NCBI GenBank assembly: GCA_002269645.1
Contig: NIVC01000109.1
Span: forward strand, 731,670-795,669
DNA: 64,000 nucleotides
Source: Macrostomum lignano
Lineage: Eukaryota
Direction: 5' to 3'
The notes under the pieces were generated by a model that saw only the letters and a program-made list of their open reading frames with translations, ran no database searches and was not told the origin of the DNA. Below are positions 1 through 11,383 of the stretch, piece by piece; position 1 is the first letter of the stretch, and every line of letters starts with the position of its first letter. The position numbers and the translations under genes are program-made.

Positions 1-870
1 TTTCTAATGTTTATAAATATTAAGCTTCAATTTACTTTTGGCACAGTATGCAATTTTGAAAATTCACCCTAATAACGGTTTGCACCAGCAGGAAAGCAAC
101 TATTTTGTTGTTGGAAATCGGATTAAGCAGTCAAAAGAGTGTATTTCCATGAAAAAAATGTACTTTTTTTCCATTTTTTCAAATATTTAAACAGGTTTCG
201 CTCTTTCAATAAAAAAATAATCGCAGTACCTTAAAGTACAGTTAGTTTGGAATTAAATGACGGCGTTGAATTGTTTCTTCCATATTCCAAAAATTATAAT
301 GAGCACTTTTCCTCAAATCAGTTTGAGATCATGATTTTTAGTCTTTCATCGATAACTTTCTGATTTCAAATGTTTAAGAATTGAAAACTTCCACACTTGT
401 GTATCTTTGAATTGCGCATCGATTGGTGCATAGTATGTATGCTTAACTATTAGCAGTATAGAAAAAAATGCAAAAAACTGTAAAAGTACATTTTCAATTT
501 TTGCATTTTTTGCAACCAAAGTGCCAACTTTTTGATACAATTGAAAAAAACAACCCAATAATGTTATGCATCTTAGTAAGGCGCACCTATAACCCTCGAA
601 CATTTTTAGCTCGAGTTTTAATGTGCATGAGGAAATGCACTTTTGTAAAGACATAATCTTAAGACAAACATTTCAACTGAAGCCTGTTCCTTTTCTCCGC
701 AGTGAATCCATACAAAACTATACTCGTTAAATAGATCAGATTCTTCTCTTTAAAATGACACCTCACTTGTGAAATTCGCACTTGTAGTTTTGAAGTTACA
801 GCAGTTTTTGTGAGATTTTTCTTGTCATTTTTTCGATGCACACGTCTCATATTATTATATTCGTCACAAG

Positions 871-1031
871 CCAGACCACCCAATGCGCTTCGCGCATTGG
901 CTGGCTGTTTGTTCCTCATGCTCGGCACTTTGTGCCTCGCGCGTTCGCTCCGCTCACCCCACAACCCCAAGGACACGCGCTTCGCGCGTGTCCTTGGGTT
1001 TGTGGGTTTTGCGGAGCTCACTGGGAACTAG
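871..1031 (+). mobile_element. GC-rich hairpin cluster ending near CTAG; possible Helitron-type 3' terminus
   Basis: Hairpins CCAATGCGC-TTC-GCGCATTGG (880-900) and a 23-bp stem with one mismatch (958-980/984-1006, TTC loop). Outer CTCCGC/GCGGAG pair at 948-953/1011-1016; CTAG at 1028-1031. Confidence 0.35.
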
Positions 1032-1191
1032 CAGGCGATTATATCAAGGTCCATCTCTGTAAATGTAAAGTAGATACTTCTCCCTTACCCCGTCAGGACT
1101 CCATCCCCGGCGGTGGGGGGACTGTTATCGTATCCAGCCTTCTAGAAATTTCCGTGTAAACAACACTTTCCATATAAGGCAATTTAACCGT

Positions 1192-1820
1192 GTCTTCCTC
1201 TCTGCCTCCCCTCTCTGTGTCTCTCTGCCTCCCCTCTCTGTCTCTCTGCCTCCCCTCTCTGTTTCTCTCTGCCTCCCCTCTCTGTGTCTCTCTGCCTCCC
1301 CTCTCTGTCTCTCTGCCTCCCCTCTCTGTTTCTCTCTGCCTCCCCTCTCTGTGTCTCTCTGCCTCCCCTCTCTGTGTCTCTCTGACTCCCCTCTCTGTGT
1401 CTCTCTGCCTCCCCTCTCTGTGTCTCTCTGCCTCCCCTCTCTGTCTCTCTGCCTCCCCTCTCTGTTTCTCTCTGCCTCCCCTCTCTGTGTCTCTCTGCCT
1501 CCCCTCTCTGTGTCTCTCTGCCTCCCCTCTCTGTGTCTCTCTCTCTGCCTCCCCTCTCTGTGTCTCTCTGCCTCCCCTCTCTGTGTCTCTCTGCCTCCCC
1601 TCTCTGTGTCTCTCTGCCTCCCCTCTCTGTCTCTCTGCCTCGCCTCTCTGTGTCTCTCTGCCTCCCCTCTCTGTGTCTCTCTGCCTCCCCTCTCTGTGTC
1701 TCTCTGCCTCCCCTCTCTGTGTCTCTGCCTCGCCTCTCTGTGTCTCTCTGCCTCCCCTCTCTGTGTCTCTCTGCCTCCCCTCTCTGTGTTTCTCTGCCTC
1801 CCCTCTCTATGTTTCCCTCC
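1192..1820. repeat. CT-rich minisatellite (~22-24 bp, CTCTCTGCCTCCCCTCTCTGTGT-like)
   Basis: Direct tandem repeat; explains the low-complexity ORFs 1125-1938. Confidence 0.95.
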
Positions 1821-2861
1821 TGCTGAGCACATGCTTTCCGAATATTTCCGAAATTTAGAATTTTCTATGAAATTAAATAAAGCCACCCGACACTATATGT
1901 ACTCAAGTCTAACAAGCCTAACTACACTCAAAACCTAAACTGCTAAACAAAAACAAACCTTCGGAACTGCTGCCTTCACGCCTCATAATTACTTAACACT
2001 GCTACATACTGATACATTTTATCAATTCAGTTGTTTCAATGTTAATTATCTTTATATATTTAATACACCTGGCTAAAAACTATTGTTTAAAATTTTATAT
2101 TTAATTTTGTATTTCTACACACATATTAATTAATCAATTAAGTTCAATTAAGATAATTACATTAATAAGTTGCTTCGCGCACCACTAGCAAATGGAACCA
2201 GTTTATTTCCTCTTCTTAAGCATGAATAAATCTATAAACAGGCTTTCCTGAGGGTTAGCTATTTAGCTACTAAAATAGCAAAAGCATGCTTGCCAGAGGA
2301 GGAGATTGCCTGATATTCCCTCTCACCCCGGCCATGTGGATGAAAAGTTATTCCTGAAGCAGATCCTAGAATTCACGTACTGAAAACGTGACAAGAGGAA
2401 TCACAAACAACCCTTTAAGTGATTTGAGTAGCTTTATTTAACAGACCTTGGCATCCCACTAGTTATCTGCTTTTAGCTGCTTTGTTACTAAAAATAGATT
2501 ACGTTAAGCAGAATTTCTTACAAATTAATAAATAAAAAATTTTTGGAATGACATGCTCGTCTAAAATTTCCACCTTGTAAGCCTGAAGCCTGAAGTCTGA
2601 ACATTGTAAGCCACATCCAAACACAGGTTTAATTGTTTATTCAGTCACATGTGCATCGATTATTCGTTGACTTGCTGGGGCATGCACATTCGAAATGAAG
2701 AAAATTTACCCAAAACTAATAATTTCTTAATGATTACCTGCTACCTGCTACTTTTACAAGTAGTAGAGGCGAATATTAATTTCGAAAATGATGCTGGATG
2801 CGAAGAATGAAAAGACTTGAAAATTTTATTGTCTCAAAAAACCCACTTATCTAGTCGGACC

Positions 2862-3015
2862 TATGTACCTATGTACCTATGTACCTAGATGTACCTATGT
2901 ACCTATGTATCTATGTACCTATGTACCTATGTATCTATGTATCTATGCATCTATGTATCTATGTACCTATGTACCTATGTACCTATGTACCTATGCATCT
3001 ATGTATCTATGTATT
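2862..3015. repeat. (TATGTACC/TATGTATC)n 8-bp tandem repeat
   Basis: Seen directly. Confidence 0.9.
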
Positions 3016-3134
3016 ATTAGTAAAAACCAGTTTTGGCTGATCTTCTTTAAACTGATTTGCTTTGTATGCAGTCGAAAAATTAGTAAATCAACCTTATCCA
3101 CTAGGTAACATTAGACCTACTTTAACCCCACTCT

Positions 3135-3420
3135 CTTAACCACCCGCTCCTTCACGCACCCGCTCCTTCACCCACCCGCTCCTTCACCCACCCGCTCCTT
3201 CACCCACCCGCTTCTTCACCCACCAGCTTCTTCACCCACCTGCTCCTTCACCCACCCGCTTCTTCACCCACCCACTCCTTCACCCACCCCACTCCTTCAC
3301 CCACCTCACTGGTTCACTCACTTCACTTCTTCTCCCATCCCACTCCATCGCCAACCTCATACCATCACCCACCTCACTAACATCACCCACCTCACTAACA
3401 TCACCCACCTCGCCCGCCAG
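3135..3420. repeat. C-rich minisatellite (CACCCGCTCCTTCAC-like)
   Basis: Seen directly. Confidence 0.85.
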
Positions 3421-3935
3421 CCAACACAGAGATAAAAGCAAAGACAAAAACAGTGAATGATTTCCGCTTCCCAAATAGTTGCTCTTTTCGAATCAGTGAT
3501 TTAAAAATTCAAACAAAAATGTCCACATTTGCTGCTTCTAGCCATTCAGTAGCAAATGCGGGGAGAAGGCCCAAGCAACCCGAGCAGCGAGTCTCCCCCC
3601 CCCCCAAATGGGACCCGTCGCACCCAGCAGACCAGCGAGTACCGATCTAGAGAAGGCGAATCTTTTCTGTCAGATCTACAGCGCCGTCTCCAGGGTCGCA
3701 ACCAGCCCTAGGGACCGCCCAGTGACCCGACCAGCCAACGAGGTGCTTAAAGAACACTGCTGTGACGGGCACGGAGCTCGAAGTGGTATCTGCTCGCCCT
3801 TCAGCAACCCGGAGCACTGTAATGCCATCCGCAAGTCTGCAAGGCCCCCGGGCAGGATGGCGTCACCAATGACATGCTAAAGCACCCCACCCTCCACGGA
3901 TGACAGGACCCTGTCCATCACAAACCGCTCTTGGC

Positions 3936-3965
3936 AGAAGGGGGAATGTCCTTGGCAATGGAAAT
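3936..3965 (+). mobile_element. Polypurine tract plus TG start of a + strand LTR that hosts later insertions (probably continues after 6315)
   Basis: AGAAGGGGGAA (3936-3946) directly followed by TGTCC at 3947; right end of this LTR not defined. Confidence 0.35.
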
Positions 3966-4753
3966 TATAGGAGGTTGCGCGCCTGTCGAGTTAAGCGGCT
4001 AAATATGTGACCAAACTTCTTGCACTTGTCACATCGGGCCTGTTGTCGGCCGTGGCTTTGTTGATAGCCAGTGGCTCCTTGCTGTGGTTGCTGTTCGTTC
4101 TTCAGCTTTCGGCACTCGGATGCCTTGTGTCCTCTCCTGTCGCACCATTGACATGTGATGTTGGCGTTTTCTTCTTTCGCATTCATCGTTGTTCGCGTCT
4201 CTTCCAATTTTTGACGTTCAGTTCTCATTTCTTCGACTACGGCAATGAGTTGGCGTTTAGTGCTTTCCTCTTCATCATAATCCTTCATAGATTGCCATAG
4301 GAGTGAAAACTTTAGCAAGTCATCTGTTGTTCTTATTGTCTTGGACATTAGGTACCGTCGTAGTCCTGGTACTGCATTCTGTTTGACTGTGGATATCTGC
4401 GCATCCTGCAGAATCTGGTGATTTCGGGCTATTCGTGCCCTCCTATTTTCCGCTGCTTCTTCTTCTGGTGCAGCCTCTTGGTATACCGCATTTTCCACCA
4501 ATCGTCGAATGTCTGCTATGAACTTATTGACGTCTTCATCGTGCGCCATTTTGCGTGCCCATAGTTGCGCTTGCGCCGCCTGCCGGTTGTCAGTTCTGGT
4601 GTCATAGGCTGTCCTTAAAGCTTGTGTTAGCTGTCCATAATCGTTCCTAATATTTTCTGGTTGCTCGCCGTAAATTGTTAGCGCATTTGGTTGCAGGAAC
4701 GCTGGTAGAATTCGAGCTTTCTCCGCGTCCGTCAGTCCGTACGTTCTCATCAT
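3965..4753 (-). pseudogene. gag: Retrotransposon Gag (capsid-like region + CX2CX4HX4C zinc knuckle; second knuckle truncated)
   Basis: CQWCDRRGHKASEC knuckle. The second knuckle CDKCKKFGH runs into LTR-derived sequence, and there is an in-frame stop upstream. Confidence 0.8.
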
Positions 4754-6076
4754 AAGGTCAAACTGGTTTAGGAATTTAGGTTCTATCTACAGTGGGATGC
4801 ATAGGTCCTCACTAAACTATGTGCCTGCTTATCTACACAACCAAGTTCCAAACTCGGTGACCGCGTGCCTGCCCAGGGCCGAGCAAAACTATTTAACAAC
4901 AAAGCGAACAACTTCTCGGTCCCTGCATCTCGTACCAGTGCCTCACCTCCAGCCAGCCGGGTTTGCTATCCCAACCGACTACACCCAAAACAGGACGGGC
5001 TCACTCCTCGGGCCCACCCACTGGTCCCTCCTACCGGGGTACCGGGTGCCTGTGCCGCCTATGGCCCCTCGGTCTCTCCTCCAGCCTTCTGTTACTAGCG
5101 GGGACACAAATTGCAGCAAACAAAGGGGTTGCACCTACCTCCCTGCCGCTGCCGCGACGAACGTGAGTCGGATTCCAACATCCGGATTGCAGAGTGGCGT
5201 CCCGTGGTCGCCGCAGTGCTTCTCCGTCTGTCTTCCTCCTCCTCACGCCGTCGCCAGCCACACTACCTCGAGGTGACTTTTCCCAAGGGCGAACGGATTC
5301 CGCCCCCCAGAGCCGTGGTGCCGGGCTACTGACGCCTGCTGGGGGAACTCTCAAAAAGGTAACCATGGTCTTACGCTTGACCCAGCATGCTTGACTCCCC
5401 TAATTAGAGCTGGCATGCTACGCCTTCTGAGGTGACCAACTAGCACTAGCGCTTGATTAATACGCGGCAGGCAACTATGAGCAAGCGGATAATTCTTCAA
5501 CAAGCAATAAAGTTCTACTCTTTTTGTTGATTTTCTGAATTTTCTGGCTGAAGCAATTTTAAAGTTATCAGTCGGCACATATGGCTGGATTTTTTAGGCC
5601 TTTTTGCCTCAATTTTAGCGAACAGCACCTGGGATCAAGTCAACAGGTCGTTTGCTGTGTCACATGACAAGGCTGATTCCTATAGCCGAGCCACAACGTC
5701 TCAAACATCTTGTTCTGTTGACGCCAGCACCCTACTAGCCTTGCGTGATGCTTTCTAGTCCGCTTCCACTCACACTGTATGACTGCCTCGCAGACATCGT
5801 AATCCAGAGTTTTCATCGTGGACTCCTTCTGACGAGGCAACCAGACAGCGGTTGAAATAAACATCTCTGCATATGCACCGATCTGTCTAGCTTAACTATT
5901 TTTTGTACTTTTGTATATTTTTTTAGATTATCGAATACCGTATTCAACACATTTTACTGCAACTCAGCCTTCCGCAGCATGTCGTCCTCCAGCTCTGGTC
6001 CTTAGCCGCTCATGTCCTTAGCCGTTAGATGATGAAGAAACGGCTGATCTTCTCCGAAATCCTCCAGACTCCGGAT

Positions 6077-6089
6077 GGTCAGGGAACCA
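6077..6089 (-). promoter_or_regulatory. Primer binding site complementary to tRNA-Glu 3' end
   Basis: Minus strand TGGTTCCCTGACC, 1 nt after the LTR end; complementary to metazoan tRNA-Glu ...GGUCAGGGAACCA. Confidence 0.75.
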
Positions 6090-6090
6090 A

Positions 6091-6311
6091 TATAGGAGGT
6101 TGCGCGCCTGTCGAGTTATAAGCGGCTAAATACGAGTATGTTTGCTTGCGCCTCCTTTTGATTTCAATTAGCCTTTCAACTTTACTGGCTTTACTGTTCA
6201 ATCGAAAGTTTAGAACACAAGTTTTTGTTCGAACGATAGTTGTTAGGCCGCCAGTTTGCTCGCTCGCAAGTTGGCCCATTTCTACTTTTCCGCACTTATA
6301 TTTATACAACA
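6091..6311 (-). mobile_element. 5' LTR (~220 bp; TGTTGTA...CCTATA)
   Basis: Bounded by PBS and putative AAAT TSD; interior end duplicated at 3966. Confidence 0.6.
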
Positions 6312-6348
6312 AAATTTGCCTCAGTCAGCGTTATTTCAAACCAATAGC

Positions 6349-7526
6349 CAGTGTTGGGCAAGTTACTCAAAAAAAGTAACTTGCGTTACTGTAACTTAAG
6401 TTACCACTTTTTAAAAAGTAACTTACGTTAGCCTAGTAACTTTGAACAAAAACCCGGTAACTTTTAAGTTACTTCCGTTACTTACTTCCGTTACCTATGT
6501 TATAAACAAAATTTTCTGCTTTTTTAACATTGCAAATGTGCTGGAACAGCACAAATGATCGCGAAAGCCAGAAGGAAAAATACAACAAAATTAATTTCAG
6601 TAACTGTATTAAATTTTAATCACTTTAGGCCCTTTCCGTAAAAAGAAGAGAAGCTGAAGGTCAGAAACGTTAAAGGCAAAACGCAATTTAATTTTTAATA
6701 ACATTATAAGTTATAATACACAAGGACAACTTAACGTAACTTCAGTTGTCCTTGATAATACATCGCTCGTAATAAGTACCTGGCTTTACTCCACTCTACA
6801 GTCTGCTTTACTAGTCTTTTTATTTTCAATTATTTGAAATTTTTTTCAATTTTTTCAATTATTTTTCAATTCATTAATATTAAATTATTGTGCAGTGCAG
6901 TGCAGTGCCAGTGGACTTTAGTGGTGTAGCCAGGGAGGCCGCCTTAACAATCGTTGGGGCGGCAACTTCACCCCACCTGCAAGACACCCCACCAGGGGGG
7001 GTGGGGTTGGGCGTGGCGGGTGCATGAGGCATGGCCAGCCAGGCCCACCCCCCCCCCCCCCCCCCCAATTAAAATTCCTGGCTACGTCGATCACTGAGTG
7101 GATTTGTGGAGACTACAGATGAATTTCTTTCTTTGGTTGTTTGTTTCTAAGAACTAAACAAAATATTTTTATTAACTTAAAAACGAAAAGCAAAAATATT
7201 TTACCGAAAATAACAAAGTAAAAACATGTTTCAAGTATTTCTTTATTAATTACAGCGTAATACCGTATGATATTATTCACTTAGTTTTGAATTTAAGAAT
7301 GAAAAATGCTAAAAATGTGACAACTGGCGTAATAGCTAAGCATATCAGTTTTAAATTTAAATATTGCGATTGTTGCAAAGTAACTGTAACGGACTTCCGA
7401 AATTTGAGTAACTTACCGTTACTCCGTTACCAAAATAGGAAAGTAACTTGCGTAAGGAACGCTTTACGAAAAAGTAACTTGCGTTACCATTTACAAGTTA
7501 CTCGGTAACGGAAGTGCCCAACACTG
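6349..7526. mobile_element. Non-autonomous hAT-superfamily element (MITE)
   Basis: 12-bp TIR CAGTGTTGGGCA/TGCCCAACACTG, perfect 8-bp TSD CCAATAGC (6341-6348, 7527-7534), many subterminal GTAAC/GTTAC motifs. Confidence 0.9.
6909..7096. mobile_element. Small degenerate MITE nested in the hAT element
   Basis: GC-rich island in AT-rich DNA, with inverted GTAGCCAGG/CCTGGCTAC and CAGTG/CACTG ends; TSD not clear. Confidence 0.45.
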
Positions 7527-8116
7527 CCAATAGCAATTGCAAGAAAGTCTGGGAATTATTTTTTTGGTGCGAAAGTTTGGATGTCTGCGTGCCAGTTTCA
7601 TGTGAACAGCGAAATCGGACACCGCCGTTGTGCGTCATTCGGCGGCTCCACCAGTGTTGCAGCTGTATCGATGTCGCAGATTTTGGGCGCTGATCTCAGC
7701 AGTTTTCGTGAGAACCAGACGTTCAGGCGTTCTTAGTGCAAGCCAAGTTCAGCCGGCTAAACTTTTCTAACTTTCACTTGTGCAACAATTGAGCGTTGGG
7801 AAGCACAATGAACTCCTGCTGAACTGGTCTTGCTGTCCTGAGCCGATCGGCTGATTGTTGCGTACTGCTGAGATCGTTGATGCTGCTGCTGCTGATGGTG
7901 CAAGCCGAGCTACGTTGGGTGTCTTAGACAAAAGCTAGCGTCCGCAACGTTGGGGCCTACTTCATAACTTTGGTCCCCTCGCTCCAGGCTCACATTGGGT
8001 CCTCTCGTTGCCGTCCAGCCTCGCCAGGTGACTCGACCAGGTGACACGACCAGGTGACCTAGCCTATCCCCGTTCCTAGACTTATGAGCATTTTCTTATG
8101 GCTCATAGAAATGAGC

Positions 8117-8872
8117 CATCATCATTCCGTTCCAAAAAGGGAAAGGACGCCAGCAAGCCTGACTCCTACCGCCCAGTCGCCCTCACGAGTTGTATAGCCA
8201 AACTGGCAAAGCGGCTGGTCCTCCAGCGTCTCCGCCATGCCCTCGAAACCTCAGGCAAGGGCCGTTCAATGGAGGAATTGAGTGCGAGCACCTGTCAGGA
8301 AATTTTCGACAAATTGGAGTCCACCCCGCATCTCCGGCCCATTCTTTGTCTTCTCGACTTCAGCCGCGCCTACGATAAAGTCTGGCGCGCGGCACTGTAA
8401 AAGAAACTGCGGGAACTCGGCGTCCAAAGAGACGTCATCCGCTGGATCCGCACTTTTCTGACGGATCGCTGAGCCAGAGTGCGCGTGAACAACTGCATTA
8501 GCAAGCCTTAGCATTAGCATTAGCATTAGCATTAGCATTAGCATTAGCATTAGCATTAGCATTAGCATTAGCATTAGCATTAGCATTAGCATTAGCATTA
8601 GCATTAGCATTAGCATTAGCATTAGCATTAGCATTAGCATTAGCATTAGCATTAGCATTAGCATTAGCAATTAGCATTAGCATTAGCATTAGCAATTAGC
8701 ATTAGCATTAGCAATTAGCAATTAGCATTAGCATTAGCAAGGAGCGCATCTTCCACGAGGGCCTAACACAGGGTAGCGTTCTCGCCCCACCCTCTGACTG
8801 GTGTATATTAATGACCTGGCAACCGCTGTGTCCGCGAAGTCAACAGAATGCTCACTGAAGCTGTATGCCGAT
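8117..8872 (+). mobile_element. Non-LTR retrotransposon reverse transcriptase fragment (I/Jockey-group-like), defective
   Basis: Motifs SYRPVALTSCIAKL, LDFSRAYDKVW, QGSVLAP and YAD, with stops, frameshifts and a microsatellite insertion. Confidence 0.85.
8495..8740. repeat. (GCATTA)n = (TTAGCA)n hexamer array inside the RT fragment
   Basis: Seen directly; a few GCAATTA 7-mers toward the 3' end. Confidence 0.95.
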
Positions 8873-9383
8873 TTTTATACCACAAATTTTATCTATAATC
8901 GGATTGCTAGTCTAACTGTATGCTATCGTAGATTAGCAATCCATTCTAATTTAACAACAGTCATACTAAATGAGTACATTATTTGTTGTATGTGCAACAT
9001 GATTCACTTCCAAATTTCATTTAATTTTGGTTTCCTGTACATAAAAATGCCATGAGTTCAATGCTTGTCATTTATCATTTTAACTGGTATCGTTTTTAGC
9101 TAATCTTTTTTTACTGAAATCCAGCACTAACAATCAGAACTGATCAATGCACCTCTGCTGTTTCTATGCATATCCGTCTCTCTTCACACACTGCAAGCAT
9201 TCCGGAGTCTTTGATTCTGATGAGCCACTTCTAGCACTTCTCTGTGAGTGTTGGCAATGGAATTGAGCTTTGAGATATTGATTTATTTGGATTTCCTCTT
9301 TGGTTGTTGGAGCCCAAGTTCTGAAGACCTTTTGTTTAACTGGAAATGTAAATGGTTTAATGTGTTATTTAGTAACACTAAAA

Positions 9384-9706
<323 letters not shown>

Positions 9707-10139
9707 AGTTTCAAGAGTTTCAGCGAATGCAACCTACCGATATGTATCCAAATTTAGATTTCTTTTACTGGCTGCACTTTTACTTGACGGTTTGTGTACT
9801 TTTCGCTCTTTTTGCTTGGCTGTTCAGCACTGCCCTGAGGAAAGGGGATCGGAGCCGCGGGATTTGCACCCTCGCACCGGGCACTGCACTGCTCTGGTGC
9901 AGCTGCACCAATCGGTTAAGCGCACCTGCACTGCTATAAACTGTTTATCATCCTCCCTGTGGCCTGATCCCCTTTTCCTGACTGCTGGCTGAAACATTTC
10001 GCCGAATATTTCTGTCGATCTCCTTGTTTTAACTTTTTATTTTGTCATTTGAGCTCCACAGCAGATGCGAAGGGGAGTCCGACTGCTACCGATGGCGTTT
10101 GATAATCACTGATTGAGTAGATTTGCTTGCCTCTCTGAC

Positions 10140-10310
10140 TTGCGTGTGTTCCAATGACTAATTGACTGACTGATTGATTGATTGATTGACTGATTGATTG
10201 ACTGATTGATTGACTGATTGATTGACTGATTGACTGATTGACTGACTGATTGACTGACTGATTGACTGATTGATTGATTGACTGATTGATTGATTGACTG
10301 ACTGATTGAC

Positions 10311-10345
<35 letters not shown>

Positions 10346-10762
10346 CTGATTGACTGACTGACTGACTGATTGACTGATTGACTGACTGACTGATTGACTG
10401 ACTGACTGACTGATTGACTGATTGATTGATTGATTGACTGACTGATTGACTGATTGATTGATTGATTGATTGACTGATTGACTGATTGACTGACTGATTG
10501 ACTGATTGACTGACTGACTGACTGACTGACTGACTGACTGACTGACTGACTGATTGACTGATTGACTGACTGACTGACTGACTGACTGACTGACTGACTG
10601 ACTGACTGACTGATTGACTGACTGACTGACTGACTGACTGACTGACTGACTGACTGATTGACTGACTGATTGACTGACTGATTGACTGATTGACTGACTG
10701 ATTGACTGATTGACTGATCGATTGATTGACTGACTGACTGATTGACTGATTGATTGATTGAT
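10140..10762. repeat. (TGAC/TGAT)n microsatellite
   Basis: Seen directly. Confidence 0.95.
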
Positions 10763-10931
10763 ACCTCTTGTCGGATTCATATTTTTAATGTGGTAATCAG
10801 AAATGCCATTAAAGTGAGGCGACAATAAAGTTTTAATAAGTTGAATAATTCATCGTTGAAGATGTTTGGAAAATTGTTTAAACTGAATTTGTTTTGTTTT
10901 ATTTTGCAAGAGTTATTTCGCATATTAATAT

Positions 10932-11118
10932 GATAATACGAGTAATTGATTGCACCTGCTGCAATTGGGCTGGCACCCATTTTACAGCTGGGTGAACTGA
11001 AGCATTGCAGAGTTCAGTGTCTTGCTGAAGGACACAAATTGTTCCTAATGGGTCGAGAATCGAACCCTCGACCTTCAAGTCGTGAGTCCGATTCTGTAAC
11101 CACTAAGCTACAGCTCCC
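10932..11118 (-). mobile_element. tRNA-derived CORE-type SINE, internally deleted copy
   Basis: Minus strand has A box TAGCTTAGTGG, B box GGTTCGATTC and CORE-like GTGTCCTTCAGCAAGACAC...CAGTTCACCCAGCTGTAAAATGGG; homologous to 19478-19775. Confidence 0.8.
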
Positions 11119-11383
11119 TTCGCCCGCATATTGCAATCCTAGATGTTTAATCGTAGACCTGGGGATGAGGGTCTCGTACCGAAGCTCCCAGGTTCGATTC
11201 CGCACGCTAAAGCCCCTTGGTGCTGGCGCCACTTGGTGCTAAAGCCCCTCACGATGGTATCCCCAGGGCAGGCAGACATATTCAGACAGGAAGAAAGTGA
11301 TTTGAGAATCTTCTATCCTCAAATTTCTTCAAGCCCCTCACTGCTGAGAGAAGCTGCTGATTCCGCCATCTTCGCCCGCCTAA

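Larger units (their letters stand above)
3966..6311 (-). mobile_element. Ty3/Gypsy LTR retrotransposon, internally deleted (LTR-PBS-leader-gag joined to last ~40 nt of the 3' LTR)
   Basis: TATAGGAGGTTGCGCGCCTGTCGAGTTA..AGCGGCTAAATA occurs at both 3966 and 6091. PBS at 6077-6089, gag with CCHC knuckle, AAAT on both flanks (3962-3965, 6312-6315) as a putative 4-bp TSD. Confidence 0.75.

Noticed and set aside
1125-1938. Long ORFs on both strands (ERHREG/SLPPL repeats)
   Set aside because: Translations of a CT minisatellite; the same applies to ORFs at 8266-8695, 9248-9732, 10106-10825, 14392-15034, 39855-40412, 46957-47700, 48384-49166, 52791-53777, 56765-58018, 60553-61152 and 61681-62454
11140-11270. 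Hairpin with GATGAG..GAAG and a B-box-like GGTTCGATTCC, resembling a hammerhead or Pol III RNA
   Set aside because: The CUGAUGA/GAAA core is not intact and there is no A box or cloverleaf
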